64,000 bases of DNA from an uncultured Clostridia bacterium (GTDB lineage Bacteria; Bacillota; Clostridia; Christensenellales; Borkfalkiaceae). Below, piece after piece: positions 39,092 to 49,447 of the stretch. The stretch lies in assembly GCA_905235815.1 (NCBI GenBank), contig CAJOMT010000003.1:190-64189 (forward strand), read 5' to 3'. Position 1 is the first letter of the stretch. Each line of letters starts with the position of its first letter. A program made the position numbers and the translations under genes. The notes under the pieces were generated by a model, which was not told the origin of the DNA, searched no databases, and saw nothing but the letters and a program-made list of their open reading frames with translations.

Positions 39092-42000
39092 ATGAAAAAA
39101 TTTATATCACTGTTTTTAACTTTAATTATGTTTTTTGCGGTATCTTGCGCACAATTTGCGGAGGATAATTCTGATATTGCCGCAAAAACCGAAATCGGTC
39201 AAACTATTGAGAGCGAAAACGTATCTCAAAATCTAAGGCTGATAAAGAGCGACATTAAATTTACCCAAGAAGAAGCGGTGTCCAGAATAAAGGCGGAATA
39301 TCTGCTTGAAAACGGCGGATACAAACCCGAAGATACCGTCAGAGTAATGATAGTTCTGGACGGAAATTCTTTAATTGACGATTATAATGCGGGAAATTCG
39401 GGGGCGGAAAGCGTATCCGAATACGTTGCGTCTACTGCCGGTAAATACGGTATAACGAGAATTAAAACCGCTCAGAACAGACTTATAAGTTCTTTAACGT
39501 CAAGCGGACTTATCGAAAAGGCGGACAATACGTTATTTACGATTACCAATGCGATAATTGCAGACGTAAAATATAAAAATTTAGCGGCAATCAACTCTTT
39601 TGGCGGAGTTAGTCATACGATACTCAGCGATACTTATAACAAGCCGCAAGCGACGAATGGAGACGCTTCCGCAATAAATAATGCGGTAGATATTTACGAG
39701 ACGGGTATTTATGATTCTTCGTCCGTAGAATATACGGGAAAGGGCACGTCCGTTGCTATTCTGGATTCGGGATTCGATTGCAGTCATAAAGTATTCGCCC
39801 GTCAGCCGGAAGGCGAAATCGCATATACGCAAGACGATATCAGCGAATTGTTAGGCGATATGAGGGCAGCTTCATTTACTTCCGACCTGGACGTTATGGA
39901 CGTATATTACAGCAGAAAGATTCCGTTTACTTACGATTATGCCGATAAAGACGCCAACGTTTTCCCGTACGACAGCGAACACGGTACGCACGTTGCCGGT
40001 ATAATAGGCGGCTATTGCGAAGAGGACGATTTCAAGGGCGTTGCGATAGATACGCAGCTCGTACTTATGAAAGTTTTCCCCGATCTTAACGAGGGCGCCG
40101 ATACGGACGATATATTGCTTGCTTTGGAAGATGCGGTAATACTCGGCGTAGACGCTATAAATATGTCGCTCGGTTCTTCTTGCGGATTTTCGACCGAGGC
40201 GGACGAGGAAAACGTAAATGAAATTTATAAAAGTATTAACGATGCAGGCATAAGCCTTATAACTGCCGGTAGCAATAACTACACTTCGGGCTTCGGCGGT
40301 GCACAGGGAAATACGAGTTTCGTTACCAATCCGGATTCGGGCACGGTCGGTTCTCCGTCAACGTATGACGCCGCTTTATCGGTAGCGTCGATAAGCGGAA
40401 CGAAGAGCAGATATTTTGTTGCGAACGGTTCGGAAGTCGTATTTTACAAGGAATCGAACAATATAAATTCAAAAGAAAACGACTTTTATGCCGAATTATA
40501 TAACTATTTGTTAGATAACGGAATGGTTGATGAAGTCGGAGAGGAGATAACTCTCGATTACGTTACGGTTCCCGGCACGGGTTCTCAACAAAGTTACGGT
40601 GCAATCGACGTAAAGGGCAAAGTAGCGCTCATCAAACGTGGCGACAATACGTTTGAGGAGAAAGCGCAACTCGCTCGCCGCTACGGAGCGATAGCGTGCA
40701 TAATATACAATAATATAGACGGCGATATAGCGATGTCAATGGGTAAGTCGGAGCATATTCCCACCGTTTCCATATCGAAAGATAAAGGCATGTCGCTTGC
40801 GGCGTCGGATACGGGAACGATAACGATAAGCGGCAGTCAACAAGCAGGCCCGTTTATCAGCGACTTTTCGAGTTGGGGACCGACTCCGTCGCTCGGCATT
40901 AAGCCGGAAATTACGGCTCACGGCGGAAACATCAAGTCGGCTGTTCCGGGCGGCGGTTACGATTTGCTCAGCGGAACGAGTATGGCATCGCCTAACCTCT
41001 GCGGTATGACTTTGCTCATAAGACAATACGTAAAAGACGAATACGAGATCGATAATTGGGTAGACGTAATGAATTTGACCAATCAACTGATGATGTCTAC
41101 CGCCACCATAGCGAAAAACGAAGATGGCAATCCGTATTCGCCGAGAAAGCAGGGCGCAGGACTTGCGGCGCTTGCAAATTCGGTAAACACGAAGGCGTAT
41201 ATAAGCGTTGACGGAATAGACAGAACAAAACTCGAACTCGGCGACGACAAGAACAGAACCGGCGTTTATGAGATGGTGTTTAACGTAGTCAATCTTTCGG
41301 GAGACGCCGTTTCGTACAACTTGGGAGTTATAGGTATGACCGAGAGCGTATCGAAATACGATACGAAACACGTTGCCGAAACCCCGTATATGCTCGGCGG
41401 CGGATTCAAAGCGGAATATCTCGGCGGTGAAGGAGCGTTAAGCGGAAACGACGTAACCGTAAACGCAAAAGGCAGCGTAAAGGTAAAAGTAACCTATACT
41501 TTGACTGCCGATGATAAGAATTATATCGAAAGTTTATTCCCGTACGGAATGTACGTAGAGGGATTTGTAACGTTAAAGGCAAATTACGATAAAGGCGTAG
41601 ACTTGAATTGTCCGTTCCTCGCTTTCTACGGCGATTGGACGGAACCGCCGTTGTTCGATAAGACTTATTATGAAGTGGAATCCGAAGCGCACGATGCGTC
41701 TATCGATTACGAAGATAAGATAAAGGCAGATTATTACGCTACGACGCCTTACGGTTCATATTATTATAACTATTTGATTCCGCTCGGCACCTACCTTTAC
41801 GATCTCGACACCACTCAATATGATTATATACCGGCGTCGGAGGAGCATATAGCGGTATCGAATATACTCGGTACGATCGACGGATTTGCCGCCGTGTATG
41901 CCGGACTTTTGAGAAACGCAAAAGAGATGAAGTTCTCTATAACCGATAAGGTTACGGGCGAAGTGTTATGGGAGTACGTCGATTACAATGCGACCAAGGC

Positions 42001-45000
42001 TTATTCTTACGGCGGAACGCCCATACCGTATTATGATTATTTAAGACTCAGATCCACTTCGATAGGCGAGCAAGGACTTATAAATAACAGGACTTACGAG
42101 TTCAAGATGAGCGGACTTTTGGATTACGGCGACGGCGGAGTAGCGGCAAATAAGAGAAATACTTTCTCGTTTGATTTTTACTTTGACGACGAGGCACCCG
42201 TAATTAAGGAAGTCAATTACGAAAAAGTATACGATAAAACGCTTAAAAAAGATCGTTACTATATGAATATGACGGTTTACGATAACCATTACGTAATGGC
42301 TATCACCCCGATTATTTTCAGTAATGCGTCCTCGTATACCTATCTTACCAAAAACCCGATACCCGTATACGGAGAAAAGGGCAGCGATACGACGGTAAGA
42401 ATAGAGATAACCGATTATTTGGAAGATATCCATAAGAACGTTTTCGCAACAAGCGGCTATGAATTCCCGTTATTTGACTCGTTAGGTTTTTCGATAGAGG
42501 ACTATGCGTTGAATTCGAATATATATCTTTGTCCGCTTCCCGGCGTTCAAGGCGATTTCAAGTTCACCGACGACGGCGAAGTTAAAGGCAAGGAGATAGA
42601 TCTTATAACCGTAGGTATAGGCGAAGTTGTAGACCTAACTAAATATTTAGCTACTTCCGACATTACGGTCGATAAAGATAAAGACTATCTGAAATATCTT
42701 GAATGGACTTCTTCAAACGAAAACGTTGCGGAAGTCAGCGAGGGTTTAGTAAAGGCGAAAGCGAGCGGCAGAATAAAGATAACGGTTTCGGACGTATACA
42801 GTAGCAGTATACTCGGAATAGATAAAAAAGCGACGGTATATTTAAGTGTAAGAGAAACGAATACCGCCCGTGAAATCGTTACCACGGTAGACGACGCCGC
42901 ACTCGAATCTTTAAGGATATCGCATTTCGATACTTTGTTTGCATATTCGAGGGCGGGGCAAAACAGTTCGATAGGTTCGACCGGTTCGACGATGTTTACT
43001 TCGTCAATGACTTCTATCAGTATGTATCCGGGCGAAAAAATAAAATTATTTACCGATTTAGATCCGTGGTATGCGGAAGATAAATATGAACTCGTATATA
43101 CTTCGACCAATCCGGATACGGCAATGGTTGCGGAGGACGGCACCGTTACGGCTCTTAAAAAGGGAACGGTAAGAATAACGGTAGGAGTCGGCAGCAGTTC
43201 GAGAATTACCGATACGATAAGTATAACAGTCAACAGCCCGTTTATAATTCAGGACAGGACGCTTGTTGCATATAAAGGACTCGGCGGAACTGTCGAGATA
43301 CCCGACGATGAAGGTATATTATACATAGGATCGTATTCGTTCTGTCTGTACGATACGGATTACTCGATAGAACTTTCCGACGACGATTACGACGCTAATA
43401 AAATACCTGCGGCAAATACGGCAATAACGAAAGTTATAATACCCGAAGGCGTAGAGGAAATACAGAAATATGCGTTCTATAACTGTTCTTCATTAAAGGA
43501 AGTAGTTATACCGGAGAGCCTCAGGTTTATACGTGAATACGCCTTTTACAATGACGAATCTCTTGAAAGCGTCGACATTAAAAATACTGAAGTTATCGGC
43601 GCCAACGCATTCTTCGGTTGCGTAAAATTACAATCGATAGGGCTTGGAAAAGTTTATGCTATCGGTAAAGCGGCGTTTAAAGGTTGTTCTGCGCTTAGCG
43701 GTGTGGATTTAAGAGCGCTCAGAAATTCGGGCGACGAGATATTCTACGACTGTACTTCATTAAAAGACGTAATATTCGACGAGGAAGGGAATACTCAACT
43801 CTCGTATTCGATGTTCAGAAATACGGCAATCGAGGAGCTTACGCTTTACGGAAGAAAGAGCGGACTCGGCACGAAACTGAATTTTGATTTGCCGGAAAGG
43901 TGTTTCCTTGACTGTAAGAATTTAAAGACTGTCAATTTACCCGATTGCGACATAACGTTCGGCGACCTCTGTTTCTACGGTTGCGAGAGTTTGGAAAAAG
44001 TCGTATTCAGCGCTAATACTCATATAACCGATATAGAGGGCTCAACCTTTGAAGGTACGGCTTTGAAAACGTTTGAGGTGGCGGCAGGAAATAATGAGTA
44101 TGCAGTCGGCAGAGACAATAGGCTTTTACTTTCCGGAGACGGCAAAACTATAATTTTTGCGGCAATATACGCCGACTACGGCAATTTGACTATAAGCGGT
44201 CGAGACTACGACGTAATAGGCAAGAGTGCATTTATCGGAGCGAACATAAAAAATCTTACGATCGTAGGTCCGATAGTTATTTCCGATTATGCGTTTGCTA
44301 AATGCGAAACGATTGAGACTTTAACGTTTGAAAATGCGGAAAATATCACAATAGGCAGAAATGCGTTCTTCTATAACAGAGGACTTACTACAGTAAATAA
44401 CCTCGACGCTTTGAGTGAAATAAGCGACTATGCGTTTTCATATACGACGGCGCTTGAACGTGTTTCGATAGGCGAAGGCGTAAAAGTCGGAGAGGGTAGT
44501 TTCTACAATTCCGGAATAGAGTATGCCGAAATAGGCAGCGGCGCCGAATTGGGAGTCGGAGCGTTTGAGAATTGTTCTAAATTGACTGTTGTAAGACTCG
44601 GAGACAACGTTAAATTAGAAATGGGAACGTTTATGTACGATTCGAAGCTTGCGAGTATCAATTTGGAAGGAGTTCCGGAGATACCCGACCAGACGTTCTA
44701 TCGTTGCAGTGCGCTCACGAAATTGGATATGTCCTCTGCGACGAAAATAGGTAATTACGCATTTGCGGATTGCGGGGCAATAAAGGAAGTTAAACTTTCT
44801 GCAAATCTTAAATCGATAGGCGAGGGCGCATTTGCGGGCATTTCGGAATACGTTTACGGCGGATTGTTTGAAACGATAGACCTTCCCGAAGGTTTGGAAT
44901 ATATAGGCGACGGTGCGTTTTTGGGTTGTAAAGAACTTAAATCCGTAACTATACCGAGCACGGTAAAGACTGAGCCGGGCAAGTTCAACTACGTATTCTA

Positions 45001-46465
45001 TTACTGTTCGGAACTTAAAGACGTAACGCTTAATAACGTAGACGTAATAGGTAATTATTGTTTTGCAGGTTGCTATGCGCTTAAAAATATAGATTTAAGC
45101 AAAGTTAAAGAAATAGGCGAAGGTGCGTTTTACGTTTCCTCTCAGCAAGACGAGATGTCGTTGACTTCAATCGATATTTCCGGCGCAGAGAAGATAGGCG
45201 ACGGCGCATTCTTCGGCAGACACGAACTCACGGGCGATATAGTTGCCGACAACCTTACCGAAATAGGAATTGCGGCATTCCGCGAAACTTCGCTGAACTC
45301 TTTCGAGGCGAAAAACCTTGAAATACTCGGCGATATGGCATTCTACGGAAACGAATCGCTCGCCGAATTCAAAGTTTCGGATAAAATAAAGAAAATCGGC
45401 GCAAGGGCTTTCGTCGATTGTAAGGATTTGACAACGTTTAAGACCTTCGACGGAGAAACGAACGTAGATATCAACGAATACGCCAAACTTATCGACGGCG
45501 TGCTGTACGTCGTGTTGGAGTCGGGACATTTACAACTTTCGGCTGTTCCGTCAAATTATAAGGTCGACGACAAAGTCGTTACCGAACTCATCGTTGCGGA
45601 CGATACTTATAGAATTGAAGAATATGCCGGCAATGCGAACGAGAACATAACGAAGATAATTTTACCCGATTCGCTTAAACTTATCGGCAATTACGCTTTC
45701 TACGGTTACGAAAATCTGGAAGCGGTAGAGTTCAAGTCGTTTACCGCACCGGCGCTCGAAGATTATTATAATTCGACCACCGTACTCAGCGAAGACGCAC
45801 CGGGCAGAAATTTACTTCATAACCAATACGACTTGTTCGGATTTGAATTGTATTATTATACGTTTATAGATTTGGCTGGCGAAAGAGAGCCTATCAAAAT
45901 GATATTGCCGAAGAACGAAAACGTCGAAGGCTACGATTCTCTCGTATACGAAGTGTATTTCGGAAAAGTCGAAAATGCGGAGAGAAGCGATTACGTTGCG
46001 ATGGATAAGAATCTTATCAACTTCATTTCTTACGCCGAGCAATTACAGAAGATATCCGTAATATCTTACAGCGACGAAGCGCTCATAAACAAAGCGACGA
46101 TTGCCTATAACGCAACGAATCAAGTCGCGACCGATTACGGTTATTCGGCAGACGTTTGGAATTCGCTTGTCGAAACTTATCAGAAAGCGAAGCAAGATCT
46201 CTTTGAGTTAAAACTTGCGGGAGCGAGCGAAGAAGTAAGGACGTTGCAAGAGGATATTTACAATATGTCGAAAAAGTTCTCGATAGATAAACTCGACGAA
46301 CTTAAAGCGATAACTGCGAGGATAAACAATCTTGCGGCAAGCGACAAAGTTCTTTTGGATCTTACTAACTACAACGAATTCGTCGCATCGTATAACGAAT
46401 ATATCGAAAAGATAAATTCGGAGATATATCCGATAGTCGACCGTATGGATAAAATATTTGGGTGA
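39092..46465 (+). CDS. Giant lipoprotein: S8 subtilase with PA-domain insert (cell-envelope proteinase / C5a-peptidase class) + Fn3-like + Big_2 + long BspA-type LRR array + helical C-terminus (2457 aa)
   Basis: Start MKKFISLFLTLIMFFAVSC (lipobox) behind an AAGGAAG RBS. Catalytic D in VAILDSGFD (39764), H in EHGTHVAG (39980), S in SGTSMASP (40979). PA-like VKGKVALIKRGDNTFEEKA. CPFLAFYGDWTEPP Fn3-like. Confidence 0.9.
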   Translation: MKKFISLFLTLIMFFAVSCAQFAEDNSDIAAKTEIGQTIESENVSQNLRLIKSDIKFTQEEAVSRIKAEYLLENGGYKPEDTVRVMIVLDGNSLIDDYNAGNSGAESVSEYVASTAGKYGITRIKTAQNRLISSLTSSGLIEKADNTLFTITNAIIADVKYKNLAAINSFGGVSHTILSDTYNKPQATNGDASAINNAVDIYETGIYDSSSVEYTGKGTSVAILDSGFDCSHKVFARQPEGEIAYTQDDISELLGDMRAASFTSDLDVMDVYYSRKIPFTYDYADKDANVFPYDSEHGTHVAGIIGGYCEEDDFKGVAIDTQLVLMKVFPDLNEGADTDDILLALEDAVILGVDAINMSLGSSCGFSTEADEENVNEIYKSINDAGISLITAGSNNYTSGFGGAQGNTSFVTNPDSGTVGSPSTYDAALSVASISGTKSRYFVANGSEVVFYKESNNINSKENDFYAELYNYLLDNGMVDEVGEEITLDYVTVPGTGSQQSYGAIDVKGKVALIKRGDNTFEEKAQLARRYGAIACIIYNNIDGDIAMSMGKSEHIPTVSISKDKGMSLAASDTGTITISGSQQAGPFISDFSSWGPTPSLGIKPEITAHGGNIKSAVPGGGYDLLSGTSMASPNLCGMTLLIRQYVKDEYEIDNWVDVMNLTNQLMMSTATIAKNEDGNPYSPRKQGAGLAALANSVNTKAYISVDGIDRTKLELGDDKNRTGVYEMVFNVVNLSGDAVSYNLGVIGMTESVSKYDTKHVAETPYMLGGGFKAEYLGGEGALSGNDVTVNAKGSVKVKVTYTLTADDKNYIESLFPYGMYVEGFVTLKANYDKGVDLNCPFLAFYGDWTEPPLFDKTYYEVESEAHDASIDYEDKIKADYYATTPYGSYYYNYLIPLGTYLYDLDTTQYDYIPASEEHIAVSNILGTIDGFAAVYAGLLRNAKEMKFSITDKVTGEVLWEYVDYNATKAYSYGGTPIPYYDYLRLRSTSIGEQGLINNRTYEFKMSGLLDYGDGGVAANKRNTFSFDFYFDDEAPVIKEVNYEKVYDKTLKKDRYYMNMTVYDNHYVMAITPIIFSNASSYTYLTKNPIPVYGEKGSDTTVRIEITDYLEDIHKNVFATSGYEFPLFDSLGFSIEDYALNSNIYLCPLPGVQGDFKFTDDGEVKGKEIDLITVGIGEVVDLTKYLATSDITVDKDKDYLKYLEWTSSNENVAEVSEGLVKAKASGRIKITVSDVYSSSILGIDKKATVYLSVRETNTAREIVTTVDDAALESLRISHFDTLFAYSRAGQNSSIGSTGSTMFTSSMTSISMYPGEKIKLFTDLDPWYAEDKYELVYTSTNPDTAMVAEDGTVTALKKGTVRITVGVGSSSRITDTISITVNSPFIIQDRTLVAYKGLGGTVEIPDDEGILYIGSYSFCLYDTDYSIELSDDDYDANKIPAANTAITKVIIPEGVEEIQKYAFYNCSSLKEVVIPESLRFIREYAFYNDESLESVDIKNTEVIGANAFFGCVKLQSIGLGKVYAIGKAAFKGCSALSGVDLRALRNSGDEIFYDCTSLKDVIFDEEGNTQLSYSMFRNTAIEELTLYGRKSGLGTKLNFDLPERCFLDCKNLKTVNLPDCDITFGDLCFYGCESLEKVVFSANTHITDIEGSTFEGTALKTFEVAAGNNEYAVGRDNRLLLSGDGKTIIFAAIYADYGNLTISGRDYDVIGKSAFIGANIKNLTIVGPIVISDYAFAKCETIETLTFENAENITIGRNAFFYNRGLTTVNNLDALSEISDYAFSYTTALERVSIGEGVKVGEGSFYNSGIEYAEIGSGAELGVGAFENCSKLTVVRLGDNVKLEMGTFMYDSKLASINLEGVPEIPDQTFYRCSALTKLDMSSATKIGNYAFADCGAIKEVKLSANLKSIGEGAFAGISEYVYGGLFETIDLPEGLEYIGDGAFLGCKELKSVTIPSTVKTEPGKFNYVFYYCSELKDVTLNNVDVIGNYCFAGCYALKNIDLSKVKEIGEGAFYVSSQQDEMSLTSIDISGAEKIGDGAFFGRHELTGDIVADNLTEIGIAAFRETSLNSFEAKNLEILGDMAFYGNESLAEFKVSDKIKKIGARAFVDCKDLTTFKTFDGETNVDINEYAKLIDGVLYVVLESGHLQLSAVPSNYKVDDKVVTELIVADDTYRIEEYAGNANENITKIILPDSLKLIGNYAFYGYENLEAVEFKSFTAPALEDYYNSTTVLSEDAPGRNLLHNQYDLFGFELYYYTFIDLAGEREPIKMILPKNENVEGYDSLVYEVYFGKVENAERSDYVAMDKNLINFISYAEQLQKISVISYSDEALINKATIAYNATNQVATDYGYSADVWNSLVETYQKAKQDLFELKLAGASEEVRTLQEDIYNMSKKFSIDKLDELKAITARINNLAASDKVLLDLTNYNEFVASYNEYIEKINSEIYPIVDRMDKIFG
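43260..45800 (+). repeat. Array of about 30 BspA-type leucine-rich repeats inside the protease gene (protein-level repeats)
   Basis: Recurring units such as IPEGVEEIQKYAFYNCSSLKEVVIPESLRFIREYAFYNDESLESVDI, IGKAAFKGCSALSGVDL, IGNYAFADCGAIKEVKL. Confidence 0.8.
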
Positions 46466-47040
46466 AAGCTATGAAGAAAAAGACGATTATAAAACCGGCT
46501 GCAACGGGATTTGTAGTGGGAATAATTATTGCGCTTGCTTTGATAATAACGGGTTGTGGCGGCAATAACATCAGTAAAAGTTATAAGATAATGCAGGATT
46601 CGATGAATAAAGTCGTATCTTCCACAATGGATTTAAAAGTGTACGATAAAGATGTGGAGATATCCGGTTATACGATGACTTGCGAAATCAAAGACGGAAA
46701 GCTTGTAGTAGGTCGTGCGAGGACTACTCTTAATGCAAATTACGAACTCGAAACCGAACTTCCTACTTTTACGACTTATGACGAGTTTAAAAGAGAGGAT
46801 CTTCTTTACGTCGATTTAAGCGAAAATCTCGTATCATCTTATAACAATAAGAAGAACGTAACGACTTGCGTTGTCAAAGAAGAAAATATTGCCAAAGTTA
46901 TTTCCGTAGTGAGCGTTGACGCCAAAGGCGACGCCACGGTAGAATTTACTATTGAAAATGACAAAGTTATCGATATTTCCGTAAAATACGATACCGAAAG
47001 CGGCAACAGAGTTGTTATTGCAATAACTTACAATTACTGA
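46462..47040 (+). CDS. Lipoprotein, unknown function (192 aa)
   Basis: Signal peptide + lipobox LIITGC. GTG at 46462 overlaps the protease stop (alternative ATG at 46471). Beta-rich sequence, no family recognised. Confidence 0.75.
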   Translation: MKAMKKKTIIKPAATGFVVGIIIALALIITGCGGNNISKSYKIMQDSMNKVVSSTMDLKVYDKDVEISGYTMTCEIKDGKLVVGRARTTLNANYELETELPTFTTYDEFKREDLLYVDLSENLVSSYNNKKNVTTCVVKEENIAKVISVVSVDAKGDATVEFTIENDKVIDISVKYDTESGNRVVIAITYNY

Positions 47041-47053
47041 GAGGTAAATATAG

Positions 47054-49381
47054 ATGAAAAGATTTATATGTGCGATTTTAGTTTTAGCGATGTCGTTTTC
47101 ATTGTTTGCTTGTAACAATTCAGGAGACCAATCCGGTAGCGAAAGCGGCGCAGTATCGGGCAGAACGCTTTCTACGCCTGAAAACGTGAAAATATCCGAA
47201 AGCGGACTTATTACTTGGGACGCAGTAAAAAATGCGACGGGATATATAGTTACTATAAACGGTTCGGCGGTCGCAAGGCTTGCGGAAACCGAATATCAGG
47301 CTGACTCGGCGTTGGCGTTTACGTTCAAGGTTGCGGCTACTGCCGACGGATATACCGATTCGGCGGCGTCTCAGTTGCAGACGTTTACTCCAAAGGCGGT
47401 TGCCGATGAAGTAATAATCGGAATTGAAGGTCAGAGCGAAGTCAAGAGCGGAAAGAGCATACAACTTACCGCAAACGTGTTTGGCACGAGCAATAAAGAA
47501 GTTACATGGTCTGTAAAGTCGGGTGCTGAAAACGTAACTATAAGCGATAGCGGCAAGCTTACGGCGAGCAACGTGAATTCGGACAGCTACGCCGTAGTCG
47601 TAGCGACGAGTAAAGAAGATCCGACCGCTTACGCCGAAAAATTAGTATATATTACAGCAAAGCCGATATTAAATCAAGCAATGCTCGACGAACTCGGCGA
47701 ATCGGAAAAATCCGAATTTTTAGGAACTCTCGGCATATCGGTTTATAACATAACGGGGCATTCTTCGGTCGTTGAAAGTTATACGCTTGATGTTTATACC
47801 GCTATGAAAGAAAACGTCTGGTATGCGGAATATCAAGACAATGCAGGTAATTCTTCTGCGCTCTATTACAAAGAGCACGACGGGTTGGCTAGCGAAGTCG
47901 GATTGAGTTTTATGAACGAAGAAGAATACGTCCCGATGGAGGACGGCGGTAAATACGTTACGTGGGAAGATTCGGGATTGTATAACAATTTCAAGGGACT
48001 TAAAGTCGAAGATTTTACTTTCAACGAAGATACGTGGCTATACGAGTATACCGGCAGAGATGAAAAATTGCCGGAGAGAATGGTTGCGTCTGCGAACCCG
48101 TACGATTTCGGAAAAGTCGAGAATTTCTCGCTCTATATTTCACAGGGCGAATTGATGGGATTTTATGCGACGAGCGCTTACGATTATTCGCTTGTTGACG
48201 GGTATAGATCGGTGTATAATCTCGTTGCGGTAATGAACTACGGCGACGACACGATAATCGTTCCCGAAATAAATAAATATTCTTATAGCGAAGAATTTCA
48301 TGCGCCGCTTAAAGAGGCGATTGAAAATATGCGCACTCTCGAAAGTTATACGACCGATTATATGGATCTTTCCGCTTCTGTACTTATAAGCGGCTATATA
48401 ATGGAAGGTTATAAAGAAACGGTTACGGCTAACGAATGTCACTACATACCTTACGATTATACGTTTAATTCGTATGGCAGAGAGGTAAAGACGTATCACG
48501 AAGAAGGCGCTTATGGGTATAAAAAGATAAACGACAAACTGTACAATACTTACATGTTTGACGCAAAAGAGAACGGATACGTTGCCACGAGGGCTTACGA
48601 AACCGATTTCAATGAGATAAAACCGTCGTTTATGTACGCTCCCGAAATATTCAGAGAATCTTACGTTGACGAAGACGACGGAACTATAACTTATTACGTA
48701 GACGACGCTATGGCGCAAGTTGCATCTTTGTTCTATCACGGCGTCGGAAACGATATTCAGCTATACGGCTTATTTGCGACGAGAGGGTATACGTCCTCGA
48801 CATCGTCGTTTACTCCGTTCGTAGTAGTGAAAGACGGACATATAATAGAGGCATGTTTCTATTACAATATGGTGTATATGTACGGCGTTGTCGATATTAC
48901 GTATTCTGATTTTAATTCGGCTACAATACAAGATGAAGCAGAGTTTGCGGTCAGAAACGTTCCTTCAACCTGGGATGAGGTTACGATATTCGTTTCCGAA
49001 GAAAGTGTGAGTACGGACGACGACGAGGAAGTCAATGCGGCGGAGGAACTGAAAGTATTCTTCAATGACGAAGATATTCTCGATAAATTGCCGTATTTCG
49101 GAAATGCGTTGGGCGATACTTACGGATTCGGACTTACCACTTCAAGGATACAGTCCGGAACGAACAGAAACGTATTTGCGATAGTGTTCTACTTTGACGT
49201 TCCGTTAGACGACGATTATACGATAAATAAGTCTATGGCAAAGGTAGAAGATTACTTGGTAGAGTGCGGTTTTGAAAAGAACAGATACGGCGAATACGAA
49301 AACGAATACGGAATAATGGTAGCCGTCGTGGATAATGCGCTCGACCTACTCGTATACGCTTGGAAAGACGTTAATTATTAA
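47054..49381 (+). CDS. Lipoprotein with Fn3-like and Big_2-like domains plus a large unknown region (775 aa)
   Basis: Lipobox SLFAC, S/G/E stalk, LITWDAVKNATGYIVTING (Fn3-like), VTWSVKSGAENVTISDSGKLTA (Big_2-like). Confidence 0.8.
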   Translation: MKRFICAILVLAMSFSLFACNNSGDQSGSESGAVSGRTLSTPENVKISESGLITWDAVKNATGYIVTINGSAVARLAETEYQADSALAFTFKVAATADGYTDSAASQLQTFTPKAVADEVIIGIEGQSEVKSGKSIQLTANVFGTSNKEVTWSVKSGAENVTISDSGKLTASNVNSDSYAVVVATSKEDPTAYAEKLVYITAKPILNQAMLDELGESEKSEFLGTLGISVYNITGHSSVVESYTLDVYTAMKENVWYAEYQDNAGNSSALYYKEHDGLASEVGLSFMNEEEYVPMEDGGKYVTWEDSGLYNNFKGLKVEDFTFNEDTWLYEYTGRDEKLPERMVASANPYDFGKVENFSLYISQGELMGFYATSAYDYSLVDGYRSVYNLVAVMNYGDDTIIVPEINKYSYSEEFHAPLKEAIENMRTLESYTTDYMDLSASVLISGYIMEGYKETVTANECHYIPYDYTFNSYGREVKTYHEEGAYGYKKINDKLYNTYMFDAKENGYVATRAYETDFNEIKPSFMYAPEIFRESYVDEDDGTITYYVDDAMAQVASLFYHGVGNDIQLYGLFATRGYTSSTSSFTPFVVVKDGHIIEACFYYNMVYMYGVVDITYSDFNSATIQDEAEFAVRNVPSTWDEVTIFVSEESVSTDDDEEVNAAEELKVFFNDEDILDKLPYFGNALGDTYGFGLTTSRIQSGTNRNVFAIVFYFDVPLDDDYTINKSMAKVEDYLVECGFEKNRYGEYENEYGIMVAVVDNALDLLVYAWKDVNY

Positions 49382-49447
49382 GTTAAAAACGAAAAATAGG
49401 TAGTTTATTTTTCGAAAAAATTTAAAATTTTTATGGAGGTAACAAAA

